Below are positions 13,131-25,480 of a DNA stretch of 64,000 bases, in pieces. The translations under genes and the position numbers were made by a program. This DNA comes from Octopus bimaculoides (lineage: Eukaryota), in the NCBI RefSeq assembly GCF_001194135.2, contig NC_068987.1:25886546-25950545 (forward strand), in the 5' to 3' direction. A model generated the notes under the pieces. It saw only the letters and a list, made by a program, of their open reading frames with translations. It ran no database searches and was not told the origin of the DNA. Numbering within the stretch: the first letter of the stretch is position 1; every line of letters begins with the position of its first letter.

Positions 13131-13769
13131 CTTGAGGAGCAGGAACATTGGTGAAATAATGAGTCAAAGCGAGAGACAAACCACAATTTGGTTTCAAATG
13201 TAGAAGTCTGTAACGATGATCTACACATGATAGTACGTCGGAATCATCAAATTGTAACGGTTTATACTCATCCAATAAATGAGAAAAACTTTATTAATTG
13301 GTTGAAATGACACTTTATTTTCATAGTTATCATGTAAGATACATCTTCGAGTTGTTGTTATATATAAATTATTTCGTCGTTCTGTTATCCATTCTGTAGG
13401 TGGTTATATATATATAATTTGTTTAATAAGCATTTAGTTAACAAGTAAGAAACGTTATTATTTTCGTAAAGGGTGGGGTTATACTTTTCTTATCCTGTTG
13501 TCAATTAGACACTTGTAACGAATAGCTTCCTAGATTCTGAGCCAGAATGTGAAATCGAATGTACATTTTTTTACCGGTTCCTTTCCTATTGTTCTCGGTT
13601 TTTGTACCCAGAAATTTATGAGAGTCAAGTATCACACTTAGTTAAGTTCTATTGTTGAAGTTAACATTCTTGGGTTAAGTACATTCCGAGAGAGATAACG
13701 CCATTATATTCCATTGTTCTCTGACATATATCCAGCTTTCCAACATATATAACTACAGTAACCAAATTT

Positions 13770-14480
13770 ATGGTTGATCAATGATGGGCATTTTTTCTTC
13801 GAATTTCTGTGCAATGCTTCCAATCAGTGACAATACTTCTCAATAACTGTTTCGTTTTGGTTTATCACTTCATGAGGCATGAATCTTTTCATACTCCACC
13901 AAACACCGAGCGTAACATTTTAGTGTCGTCCCCGTTTAGGGATGAATTCCCCCTTTTTCATTAGGTGCTAACTACTGTCGTTTTCATCGGAAATTGTTAT
14001 GGAGAACCGACTTCTCATCACTTGTGATGATTCTACCTGGGAAAGGATAAATATCAAGCTTACTCTTCAACGATAAGCAAAAATCCAAAGCAAACTGCAC
14101 AAGAATTCGCGAAACAGTTCAAGTCAAGTCACACTTCGGTCATAAACCACCTTCATGAGCTAAGAAAAGTATCTAAACTTGGCCATTGGGTTTCTCTTCA
14201 CCTAACTGAGTCTTAGCTTAATCAAAAGTTGCCCTTTATTTGTCATTGAAGAGTAAATAACAACTTTTAATTAATTTTAAAATCATTTAGATGATGAGGA
14301 AAACTACGATCAAGTTTGATTATTCTTCCTAGTTAATGAAGGTGTTTTATGATCGAAGTGTGATTTGAATTGAACTGTTCCGCAAATTCTTGTGCAGTTT
14401 GCTTTGGGTTTTCCTAAACTACAGTTTTCAGAAGCTCAATATTGACAGAATTTTGTCGACCAGATCGAGAAAAACATCAG
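13770..14480 (-). mobile_element. Degraded mariner transposase (minus strand)
   Basis: Reverse translation: RSGR..ENPKQTAQEFAEQF, PFPGRIITSDEKSVLHNN, VWWSMK, YCH*LEAL. Confidence 0.8.
14068..14270 (+). mobile_element. Inverted second copy of the same mariner HTH/linker segment, inside the minus-strand copy
   Basis: KNPKQTAQEFAKQFKSSHTSVINHLHELRKVSKLGHWVSLHLT; inverted match to 14282-14420. Confidence 0.75.
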
Positions 14481-14499
14481 CGAACCATATGTCCTCCCT

Positions 14500-14830
14500 G
14501 CGTCCAGTGGTTGGTCTGCTAACACACTCCAGTTCTTTCTGTGTTATGCAGCATGCATACAATCAGTCAGTCCATTCTTTGGTGTAGTCAGTCCACAAGC
14601 GTCATTGACGATATCTTGTTCTTTTCTCCAAACTTCCTGCCGGGATGGTCTTGGGTAATGACTCGTGGTGCAGTGTGTATCTAAAATATAAAGCCTTTGT
14701 GGATATGATTCTTGACAATAGGCGTCTTGCTTTAACTTTTCTAGTACTGCATCCCCATCTGCGAAAGATTCACGTCTCAAAGCATCTATTTTTTTCCATT
14801 TCTTTATACACTGCCAAAGATTCTATCCAG
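14500..14830 (-). mobile_element. RTE-clade LINE 3' fragment
   Basis: Reverse translation PKTI-AGSLE-KRTRYRQ*RLWTDYTKEWT resembles the RTE KTILQG..EG.R.RGRQRK.W.DN.KEWT tail. Confidence 0.55.
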
Positions 14831-15921
14831 TAGAGGACAATAAAGAATTTTAATCTTCCTTTTCCTTGATTGTTATTCTGTGGTAGAAGTGTAAACTCAA
14901 ATTACTTAAATTTACTTATAAAAAGTTAATTGTCGGCTAATAGAACGAAATGTTTTGGAGAACTATTTATCTGGAGTTATGAAATTGAAACCCTTGGTTT
15001 TAAAACTAGAAATATTACTGGGAAAATTTTGGAGACGTCTTTACATGTTTAATAATTCGTTTGAAAATGTTGAATGATTTAAACATGCTACTGTTTCTAG
15101 TGAAGTAATTTAATTAATATATGTTAATTCTCGGTGACCTTACGCTTTGAACCCCAACTAGTTCGGGATTTCTAAACAGGCACTTTTAAAGATGTGTCTG
15201 TGAGAGAGTGTATGAGTGTGTGCGCGTGTGCGTGTGCGTGCATGTATTTGTGTATATGAATATTTGAATGTAAATATGTATGTGTACATATATACATATG
15301 AGTGTGTATTTTGTGTTTGTATATGTGTGTGTGTGTGTGTGTGTGCATGTATGTATATATGTATATAAGTATGTATGTAAGTGGGCATATATGTATGTAT
15401 GTATGTACATATATATATATATANNNNNNNNNNNNNNNNNNNNNNNNNNNNNNNNNNNNNNNNNNNNNNNNNATATATATGGCTGGGGTGTATATGTATG
15501 CACATGAAGACATATATATCCGCATATATTGATATACGCAATCATATTCACACGCACATATATGAGAGAGTGTGGAGGGTGTATATGTGTGTGTGATATT
15601 TGTGTGTATGTGTGTGTGTGTGTGATATTTGTGTGTGTGTGTGATATTTGTGTGTGTGTGTGTGTGAAGACCTACCCCCACTTCTTTGGATCTTTTCTGA
15701 ACAAAAGCTTCTGAACGTTTCCGCATAAAAGAATTTACTGAATAAATTTCCGACAACACACTACATCGTTTGTTTCCTGAAATTCCAGTAATTATTTTTG
15801 ATTATTCTATCAACTACTTCCTGTTATCTCTGTAGATAAAGCTAATCCTTTCGTAATCACAATGCTCATATATATTGTAGATATGCGAGCGCGCCTGCAC
15901 ACATGTGCGTATGCATATAAG

Positions 15922-15994
15922 CATACATACATACATACATACATACATACATACATACATACATACATACATACATACATACATACATACATAC
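15922..15994. repeat. (CATA)n microsatellite
   Basis: Directly visible. Confidence 0.98.
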
Positions 15995-16057
15995 GGGTAT
16001 GTAAATGTGTGTGTGTATATATATATATGTGTGTATGTGTGTGTATGTGTGTGTATA

Positions 16058-16729
16058 CAGAATTTGGACAAAATAATGGAAACACCTAGCATCATAGCAT
16101 CATAATTTTGAAATATCTATAAAACTGTCAAAAGTTTGTTTATTTTTATGTTTTTGGTTTTATTATTAGTGTTGTTATGTTTTGCTAAAATTGCTGTTTC
16201 TTTTCAGGTAATTAAAATTCATTAAAATGACAGATCTATCAGACTTTCAAAGAGGTCAAATTATTGGTGATCGTATGGTAAGCGCTAGCGTAACGAAAAC
16301 AGCCGAAATGTTTGGTGTATCAAAGAGTACTGTCTCGAGAGTAATGACAGCCTTTGAGAAAGAGGGAAAAACCTTCTCTTTGAAACAAAACTCCGGAAGA
16401 AAAACTTTCAGATAGGGACCGTCGGACTCTTACGCGAATTGTTAGAAAGGATCACAAAAGTACAGCTCCCAAAATGACTGCAGAGATTAATGACCACCTC
16501 GAGAACCCAGTTTCTACAAAAACTGTTCGCCGGGAGCTGCACAAAGCCAAATTTCACGGGAGGGCTGCAATCAGAAAACCACTACTTTCAAAAACAAACA
16601 TTGCAAAGCGTTTAGAGTGGGGTAAAAACCTATAGAATTGGTCCCTAGAGCAGTGGAAGAATGTTATTTTCTTGGACGAGTCATCCTTTACCTTATTTCC
16701 GACCACCGGCCGAGTATACGTGTAGAGAC
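16058..16729 (+). mobile_element. Tc1-family transposon, 5' part (rest in gap)
   Basis: TA + CAGAATTTGGACAAAA left terminus. Transposase from ATG 16227 (paired-like HTH, KNSGRK; after a frameshift KPLLSK..KRLEW, VIFLDESSF). Confidence 0.9.
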
Positions 16730-17520
16730 NNNNNNNNNNNNNNNNNNNNNNNNNNNNNNNNNNNNNNNNNNNNNNNNNNNNNNNNNNNNNNNNNNNNNNN
16801 NNNNNNNNNNNNNNNNNNNNNNNNNNNNNNNNNNNNNNNNNNNNNNNNNNNNNNNNNNNNNNNNNNNNNNNNNNNNNNNNNNNNNNNNNNNNNNNNNNNN
16901 NNNNNNNNNNNNNNNNNNNNNNNNNNNNNNNNNNNNNNNNNNNNNNNNNNNNNNNNNNNNNNNNNNNNNNNNNNNNNNNNNNNNNNNNNNNNNNNNNNNN
17001 NNNNNNNNNNNNNNNNNNNNNNNNNNNNNNNNNNNNNNNNNNNNNNNNNNNNNNNNNNNNNNNNNNNNNNNNNNNNNNNNNNNNNNNNNNNNNNNNNNNN
17101 NNNNNNNNNNNNNNNNNNNNNNNNNNNNNNNNNNNNNNNNNNNNNNNNNNNNNNNNNNNNNNNNNNNNNNNNNNNNNNNNNNNNNNNNNNNNNNNNNNNN
17201 NNNNNNNNNNNNNNNNNNNNNNNNNNNNNNNNNNNNNNNNNNNNNNNNNNNNNNNNNNNNNNNNNNNNNNNNNNNNNNNNNNNNNNNNNNNNNNNNNNNN
17301 NNNNNNNNNNNNNNNNNNNNNNNNNNNNNNNNNNNNNNNNNNNNNNNNNNNNNNNNNNNNNNNNNNNNNNNNNNNNNNNNNNNNNNNNNNNNNNNNNNNN
17401 NNNNNNNNNNNNNNNNNNNNNNNNNNNNNNNNNNNNNNNNNNNNNNNNNNNNNNNNNNNNNNNNNNNNNNNNNNNNNNNNNNNNNNNNNNNNNNNNNNNN
17501 NNNNNNNNNNNNNNNNNNNN

Positions 17521-18400
17521 TATAAGCACTCCGTCGCAACACTTGCAGGGAACCCTTCTGCTACCTGTGAGAGAGAGCTTTCCACTGAACTCTAAGTTAG
17601 CAATATCGTCATTCACAATTATTTAAAACAAACTGGGTAAAGTTTAAAATTTGGGAAAAAATGGTTCCTCATGCTCTTTCAGCAGCAAATCACCAAGAAA
17701 GGCTTGACTGTTGTGAATCGCTCCTTACGCAACATTTTAACCGTCTAGCAATTTTAATTATTCTGTCAAATGTAATGCGTTTATATTAACATTGTTTTCA
17801 ATAAATCATGCATTGTTTGGTAGCTTCGAAGTTTTGATGATGTAATTGTTTATTTTATAATGACATTGAAGGGTAAGTGTAATAGACTGGATCTAGCTGG
17901 CTGGAACATAAAACGGGTAGCATATTTGGGCAGGATATGGCCGGTTTAAATACTAAATGATTAAAACCGGATAATGAGTAGAGTTCAGAAATGGGTTCTT
18001 TACAACAATATCATTCACTGCAGACAGTGACTAAGCCCAAATCAAAAGCTTGTACCATATCCATGAAGTAAACTCCACCCGCAGAAAATTTCATTCAGTG
18101 TTCGGTGGAATATGGAAGGATTTCTTCGTTATGAGCGTTCCGGACCTTGTGGCGGAATCATTTCTGAAGTCTATTTTCAGCAACTTCATCATTTGAAGAC
18201 TGTTTCAATAAACTACTGGGAGTCTCTCTCATCAAGATAATGTTCGATCTTATACCGCGTAAGTTGCGGAAATTGTTCCGGACCATTCCCTAGATTTTGC
18301 TCCATAAAACATCTCTTTATTTAGATCTTAGCAAAACAATTTAGAAGGGGAAAGTATGTCTAACAGGGATAAACAGTGAAAATGAATTAAATAGCTATGT
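17521..18400 (+). mobile_element. Degraded mariner transposase interrupted by a TTAA MITE
   Basis: GKMVPHALS, KWVLYNN, SVRWNMEG, HQDNVRSY remnants either side of 17741-17960. Confidence 0.75.
17741..17960. mobile_element. TTAA-flanked (piggyBac-type) MITE, older copy
   Basis: TTAA at 17737-17740 and 17961-17964; degenerate TIRs; same family as 41472-41680. Confidence 0.7.
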
Positions 18401-18484
18401 CAGGTCCGTTATGTTTGCACTCGGTAGATATTTTGTTGGGAATGTTCCACCAATACTCTTTGTATTAATATGCATGTCAGTATC

Positions 18485-18790
18485 AGTGAAGGCGTATGGT
18501 TCAGTGATTAAAGCATTCGGTTCACGACCGTAAGGTCACGAGTTCGATTCATAGTGTTGCGTCATTGAGTATGACACTTTATTTCACGTTGCTCTAGTCC
18601 ACTCAACTGGCAAAAATGGGTCGTACCTGTATTTCAAAGGGCCAGTTTTGTCACATTCTGTGTCATGCTGAATCTACCTCAGAACTATGTGTCTGTGGAG
18701 TGCTCACCCGCTTGCAAGTTAGTTTCACGAGCAGGCTGTTTCGTTGATTGGATCAGTTGAAACCCTCGTCGTCGTAACCGACGGAGAACC
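18485..18790 (+). mobile_element. SINE family C variant (tRNA-like head, shared ...GTCGTAACCGACGGAG tail)
   Basis: TGGTTCAGTGATTAAAG...GAGTTCGATT head; tail shared with 57463-57846. Confidence 0.75.
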
Positions 18791-19574
18791 GGTATGTAAG
18801 AATTCCATAGCAGATAGGACGTTTATATTTATCCCAGGTAGTCTTTTCTGTGGATTGCAGTGTATATTGTCGCAGTTCTGCTACCAAGTATATGTGTTGT
18901 GTCTTCCACAGAAGACATAGCCGATACTTGTAATCACTAGATGTGGTTGCATCTTGGAATTTTAAAACTTTGCTGTTCTGTTGGTTCATGATACATTTTG
19001 CAGCAATCGCCTGCTCTTCGATTGTGAAAGCATAGACGACGAGATGTAATGTCATCTAACGATCTCTAGTCCCGGGAAAGTAGCATGTCACTTTAATATA
19101 GTCTAGCTGCCATATCTTTTTAATTCTGCTATAATATTCTTTACTCAATCTTTGTTCACTCGTATTGACGAAAATTTATTATACAAAGGTATGATATATT
19201 TTCGTCAATACCGAAGTATTTGTAGCATTCGCTTTGTGAAACAAGGGAGATACAGAGGCCGTTGGTGCAAAAACTTGGTGTCTGGGGAATAGTTTTTTAA
19301 CGTTGAATTGTTAAATATAAACATTTCTTGACTATATCTCTCTATCAATGGAAAATGTTATGGTTAAATCCTGCTATTTTTCAGCATTGTAAATATTTCG
19401 GGCATAGATCTTTAGAACATGCACTAATAAATTATGGGTAATCATTATTATTAGTGTATCTTGTTGTTGCAGACCCTAGGATATAGAGAGTAGATTTTCG
19501 TTGAAGAAATGACAGTGGATTTTGGACCAGAATAAACAGAATAACAGAGTGCCCCCTTGGAATATTTCCGTTAA

Positions 19575-20210
19575 GATATTAGTTTCAAATTTTGGTACAA
19601 GGCCAGTAAGTTTAGGGGATAAAATCGACAAAACGATACCAGTACTCAACTGGTACTCATTTTATCGATCCCAAAAGGATGAAAGGCAAAGTCGACCTCG
19701 GTTGTATTTGAACTCAGAACGTAAAGGCGGACGAAATTCTGCAAGGCATTTTGCTCGACGTGCTAACGATTCTGCCAACTCGCTAACTTATGGCATTGCA
19801 AAATAATGATTTCAAATTTTGGCATAAGGCAAGCAATTTCGGGTTTGTGGGTAAGTCGATAACATCGACCCCAGTGTTCAACTGGTACGTATTTTATCAA
19901 CCCCAAAGTCGACCTCGGCGGGATTTGAATTCAGGACGGGAAGACGGACGAAATGCCTCTGAGCATTTTATCCGGTATGCTAACGATCCTGCTAGCCTTA
20001 AACTCATGCTTAAATTGATTTCAAAGTTCGAGGAAAGAGTAAGTCGATTACATTGACCCCAGTGCTCAACTGGTACTTATTTTATCAACGCCGAAAGAAT
20101 AAAAGGCAGGGTCGACCTCGGCGGAATTTGAGCTCAGAAGACGAAGATGAACAAGATACTGCTAAGCATTTTGGCCGGCTTGCTAACGCTACTGCCAATT
20201 TGCCGCCTTA
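19575..20210 (-). mobile_element. Three head-to-tail SINE family A copies
   Basis: Repeated reverse-complement units ending in GCTAACGATTCTGCC...CGCC. Confidence 0.8.
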
Positions 20211-20809
20211 TGATGCTACACAATATTGAGTGCAAGTATACCAACAAATTTGCTGGTTAAAAACATTCACCGTGCAATTGATATTCTTCTACTAAAATGT
20301 TATAATCCTCTTTAGCTACATATTGGGATTTGTAGCAGCTGTATTGGTGGTTTGGTGAAAATATTTTTAATTAAGAATTGGTATTTTTTGTTATTTTTTT
20401 TTCATTTTATCAGTAAACTGTTTGGCTAATCAACCCCACAATCTCCATTTAACCAAAGAGCCCATTTAGGTCTCAAAACATGGGAAGCAGAATTGATTAT
20501 ATTTTTTTTAGAAAAATATTTATATATTTATATTTTACATTTTTATTTATTTTACAATTTGGTTCCTGCGTTGGAAATATTCAACGTTAATTACATTGAT
20601 TTAAGTTTAGCAATAACACAGTAATAATGCAATCTCTCTCTCTCTCTCTCTCTCTCTCACATACATTCTTGTGCATACATTATCTTTCTTTGTCACTATC
20701 AACATATCAACATGTTTAGTTTAGTAGAATTTTCAGAAAATCAAAGGTTATCAAATATGGTGCCTGTTCAACAATACATAAGATTTTTGATCACACATTG
20801 TTTTGTGAG

Positions 20810-21158
20810 CTTGCTTACAAACCACATGGTTCTGGGTTCATTCCCACTACGTGGCACCTTGGGCAAGTGTCTTCTACTATAGCCTCGGGCCGACCAAAGC
20901 CTTGTGAGTGGATTTAGTAGACGGAAACTGAAAGAAGCCCGTCGTATATATGTGTATATATGTATGTGCGTGTATATGTTTGTGTGTCTGTGTTTGTCCC
21001 CCCAGCATCGCTTGACAACCGATGCTGGTGTGTTTACGTCCCCGTAACTTAGCGGTTCGGCAAAAGAGACCGATAGAATAAGTACTAGGCTTCCAAAGAA
21101 TAAGTCCTGGGGTCGATTTGCTCGACTAAAGGCGGTGCTCCAGCATGGCCGCAGTCAA
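20810..21158 (+). mobile_element. SINE family B (CORE-like GGCACCTTGGGCAAGTG domain, internal microsatellite)
   Basis: CCACATGGTTCTGGGTTCA head, CCTTGGGCAAGTG, and the ...CAGCATGGCCGCAGTCAA tail. Confidence 0.8.
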
Positions 21159-21665
21159 NNNNNNNNNNNNNNNNNNNNNNNNNNNNNNNNNNNNNNNNNN
21201 NNNNNNNNNNNNNNNNNNNNNNNNNNNNNNNNNNNNNNNNNNNNNNNNNNNNNNNNNNNNNNNNNNNNNNNNNNNNNNNNNNNNNNNNNNNNNNNNNNNN
21301 NNNNNNNNNNNNNNNNNNNNNNNNNNNNNNNNNNNNNNNNNNNNNNNNNNNNNNNNNNNNNNNNNNNNNNNNNNNNNNNNNNNNNNNNNNNNNNNNNNNN
21401 NNNNNNNNNNNNNNNNNNNNNNNNNNNNNNNNNNNNNNNNNNNNNNNNNNNNNNNNNATATGAACAGAAATCCATATTTAGCAATACCACCGCCACTACT
21501 GGGCAACTTTCGTTTGCTGCTGGTATACTTCTGTGCTTTTTCAACGCTATGCATCCATAAGATATGCTTTCTCGAGAAGAAAACTGCAGTTTACAAGGCT
21601 TTCAACAGTATATATGCTTTAGATATAATATATTGACCGCTAACATTACACACACACACACACAC

Positions 21666-21666
<1 letters not shown>

Positions 21667-21740
<74 letters not shown>
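21667..21740. repeat. (GATA)n microsatellite
   Basis: Directly visible. Confidence 0.98.
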
Positions 21741-21809
21741 TCTAGGGTATTTTTTCTGTAGTTTCAGCTCAGAGCGGCGGTCATGCTGATGCAGGTATAT
21801 AAATTTCGA

Positions 21810-21960
21810 CAGAACGATAGTGTCAGGGAAGAAATTGTTGAGAAAACTGATGCATGAAACTCTTCCGTCAATTGTTAGAAGGATGAAAATAAAGTGGTTT
21901 TGTCATGTAACATAATAGACACTACTATATTATCGCAAAGCGCAACGATCTTCATGTCAC
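21810..21960 (+). mobile_element. Small RTE-like LINE remnant
   Basis: NDSVREEIV...LPSIVRRMKIKWFCHV resembles the RTE RRKL.WFGHV motif. Confidence 0.4.
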
Positions 21961-23162
21961 TAATGGGAGAAACTATGTAGAAAAAAATTTATAGCCCCTT
22001 CAACATGGCTATTCGTTAGAAACCGATGTTACTACCATTTTAACCCGAGGGAAACGCCTCCTCTAGCCAGTTAGTCGATGCAGTCTGCACCCAATATATA
22101 TTGCCAGCAGGGGAGTGAACCCCTACAATCTTCTTGTGACGGGACTACCAGACTGTACGGTTTCAAGTCATTTGTGTTCATCCTCAGTAGATAGCAGTAG
22201 TTCCAGCTCGCAATATACAGAAATAAAAGTGACAACCAATTACTTATCTTGCAACAAGCAAATTAGCTAATATTAATTAGCTAATGTGTAGAAAATGCTT
22301 TTCATTAATGTGGTTGAATAAAATTATAGAAAATTCGCATTTTCGCCTATGGATCCAGACTTTACAGTCGACTTGCATATGTATTATACACGTAATATAT
22401 CTTTTATCCTTTATTTTTTTTACTATTTTTAGTCATTAGACTGCGGCCATGCTAGGACACCACCTCGAAGAACCTTTAATCGAATGAATATTATTATATT
22501 TTTTTTTTAAACATGGTACTTATTCTATCGGTTTCTTTTACTGAACTACTAAGTTACAGGAACGTAAATTCACCAACACCGGCTGTCGAACCGCAGTGGG
22601 CGACAAACGCACACACACACACACGCATACATACATACATACATACATACATACATACATACATACTTACATACAGGCGTGGCGTGGCTACGTGGTAAGA
22701 AGCTTGTTTCTCAACCGCATGGTTCCAGGTTCAGTACCTCTGCGTGGCACCTTGGGCAAGTGTTTTCAATTATAGCCTCAAGCCGACCAAAGCCTTGTGA
22801 GTGGATTTGATAGAGGGAAACTGAAAGAAGGTCATCATATATATATATATNNNNNNNNNNNNNNNNNNNNNNNNNNNNNNNNNNNNNNNNNNNNNNNNNN
22901 NNNNNNNNNNNNNNNNNNNNNNNNNNNNNNNNNNNNNNNNNNNNNNNNNNNNNNNNNNNNNNNNNNNNNNNNNNNNNNNNNNNNNNNNNNNNNNNNNNNN
23001 NNNNNNNNNNNNNNNNNNNNNNNNNNNNNNNNNNNNNNNNNNNNNNTATATTAACAATGTATCCCGGCGTTGCCATAGGTGTTATGACCTACAAGCTCAT
23101 TGAATTATTTTCTCCCTTCTTATGGGCAGAATTGGCACAGCTGATATACAGTTAATGGAATA

Positions 23163-23453
23163 ATGGAAGTTATCTATACCGTTACATGCTTAGGGTACGG
23201 TAATCAGTATATTGACCAAACAGGAATATCACTCAGTCGAAGAACCACTCTCCACAAAGAACAAATCCGCCACCCACAATACAGACAGATACAGGTCAGT
23301 GGACACATAGAAAGGTGTGCTAGGAACCTTTATCCTAATTTTCTAATTTTCCCCTTCTATCAATGTTCACAGAACACCTCAGTACAGCAAATAATGAATA
23401 AAGAGGCAGCTTTCATCAATAAACATCTTCTACAACTCAATATGAGCACATAA
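23163..23453 (+). mobile_element. Penelope-like element (PLE) GIY-YIG endonuclease fragment
   Basis: ORF VIYTVTCLGYGNQYIDQTG..L..R...HKEQI...VSGH...C...F.IFPF...KEAAFI...QLN matches the PLE GIY-YIG pattern (IY-x-C-xx-C-x-YIG-Q-T, E..FI, LN). Confidence 0.8.
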
Positions 23454-23871
23454 CATAATACAGAACACTACTAACCTTTCAATTAATACCAATAACCCCC
23501 ATTCATCCCATACACCATTCACATTAGAATATTATATCTACCCTAATTGCACCAATTCCAGAACTAATTACCTCCCTTACACATAATCTTTTTACTCGGG
23601 GACTAGTAGACCCGACACCGTCCGGTAATCGGAGCGCATTCAAAGCCAGTGAACAGTAATTTTACGAAACCAGTATGCCTTTGAATCTCTTCAACAATTC
23701 ACAATAATGACTTTTATTACTTTTATTCCTACCTCAGTTCATCTAATTGTATATGTCTATCGTTACTTTTTATATAAAGCCTTTACTTTTTTTGATTTCC
23801 AATGTGCATTTTGGTTTTATTCTTCTTACATTTCCACGTATATTTTCTATTTTCTTTTTGTAACATATTTC

Positions 23872-23931
<60 letters not shown>

Positions 23932-24246
23932 NNNNNNNNNNNNNNNNNNNNNNNNNNNNNNNNNNNNNNNNNNNNNNNNNNNNNNNNNNNNNNNNNNNNN
24001 NNNNNNNNNNNNNNNNNNNNNNNNNNNNNNNNNNNNNNNNNNNNNNNNNNNNNNNNNNNNNNNNNNNNNNNNNNNNNNNNNNNNNNNNNNNNNNNNNNNN
24101 NNNNNNNNNNNNNNNNNNNNNNNNNNNNNNNNNNNNNNNNNNNNNNNNNNNNNNNNNNNNNNNNNNNNNNNNNNNNNNNNNNNNNNNNNNNNNNNNNNNN
24201 NNNNNNNNNNNNNNNNNNNNNNNNNNNNNNNNNNNNNNNNNNNNNN

Positions 24247-24314
<68 letters not shown>

Positions 24315-24419
24315 TGTATTATGATATTTCGCTTAGACATTGCGAGATTAATAACCTGGTGTAGAACTCAATATACGTATGCCTCTGAATGAAACACTAG
24401 TCGAGTACAGAGCGGTAAT

Positions 24420-24653
24420 AAGAAAGTAAGATGACAAAGAAATAAACGATTATCTTATGAACTTCATCAGCATATGGCTTCATCGGAGCCGCCTCGAATA
24501 TGAAGTGCACTTCATATTCGAAGCTCCGATGAAGCTATAAGATGTTACTCAGACACGCAACTATGAGTTCACGGCATGTTTTAGCAGAAACAACTGTAAG
24601 CTAATGAAGTTCATAAAATATCTTTTTTTATTTCTTTGTCATCTCATTTTCTT
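24420..24653. repeat. Nested fold-back (inverted repeat) element with a perfect 28-bp central palindrome
   Basis: TCGAATATGAAGTGCACTTCATATTCGA at 24494-24521; 13-bp arms 24477-24489/24523-24535; outer imperfect arms about 24420-24471/24600-24653. Confidence 0.9.
24522..24602 (+). ncRNA. Type I hammerhead-ribozyme-like motif (U4C variant core)
   Basis: Stem I AGCT(24522-25)/AGCT(24599-602); core CCGATGA (24526-32); long imperfect stem II (GCTA..ATG..ACTC / GAGT..CAT..TAGC); GAAAC (24587-91); mini stem III; GTA cleavage triplet (24596-98). Paired by hand. Confidence 0.6.
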
Positions 24654-24899
24654 GTATGTATTACATGTGCAATGATTAGTTATATATTGTGCACTTCATT
24701 GTGTTTTGTTATGCGCGTCTGTGGAAAAATTGTCTTTCATGAAACTGGTCTGTAGTGGAAAAAAAGACTGGAGACAGCTGCGATATAGGAAGACCACAAG
24801 TGGGATGGCCGATCCACATCAAGGAATTGAATGCGATAATGATATGGTAATGGAAAACACGAGATTCGCTGAATTTCACTAACTGCCTTGCAGATAACT

Positions 24900-24939
24900 C
24901 ATCTTTATTCTAATCTTTCTTTTCATCTCTCCTTTTCTC

Positions 24940-24976
<37 letters not shown>

Positions 24977-25068
24977 NNNNNNNNNNNNNNNNNNNNNNNN
25001 NNNNNNNNNNNNNNNNNNNNNNNNNNNNNNNNNNNNNNNNNNNNNNNNNNNNNNNNNNNNNNNNNNNN

Positions 25069-25101
<33 letters not shown>

Positions 25102-25137
25102 TTTCTCACCCTCTCTCTCTCTCTCTCTCCTTTTCTC

Positions 25138-25170
<33 letters not shown>

Positions 25171-25480
25171 ATTCTAATCTTTTCATCTCTCCTTCTCCTT
25201 CTCTCTCGCCCTCTATACACCTTTCTCTCCATCGCTTTCTCCCTCTCTCTCCTTTCGTGTCTTTCTTTTCCTCTCTCTTCCTTTGTCTCCTTCTCTGCCG
25301 CTCTGTATCTTTCTCTCCTCTTCTCTCTTCTCATACAAATTCTTTTGTATGCATATGTATATGTTATCTCTAATCATGTCTGTCTCTCTTTCTCCTTCTC
25401 TCTGTCTCTCTTTCCCCCCCTCTGTCTCCCCAGCCATCCTTCTTTCTCTCTCTCTTTCTTTCTCTCTTTTCTATTCTTCT
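24900..25480. repeat. CT-rich low-complexity / (CT)n tract
   Basis: Directly visible; includes a gap. Confidence 0.95.

Noticed and set aside
18753-19055. 100-aa minus-strand ORF
   Set aside because: It overlaps a SINE tail, and I found no domain similarity or splice context.
23047-23090. Helitron-like CCCGGCGTTGCC / ACTAGT motifs around the Penelope fragment
   Set aside because: Too short and partly lost in the gap to support a call.
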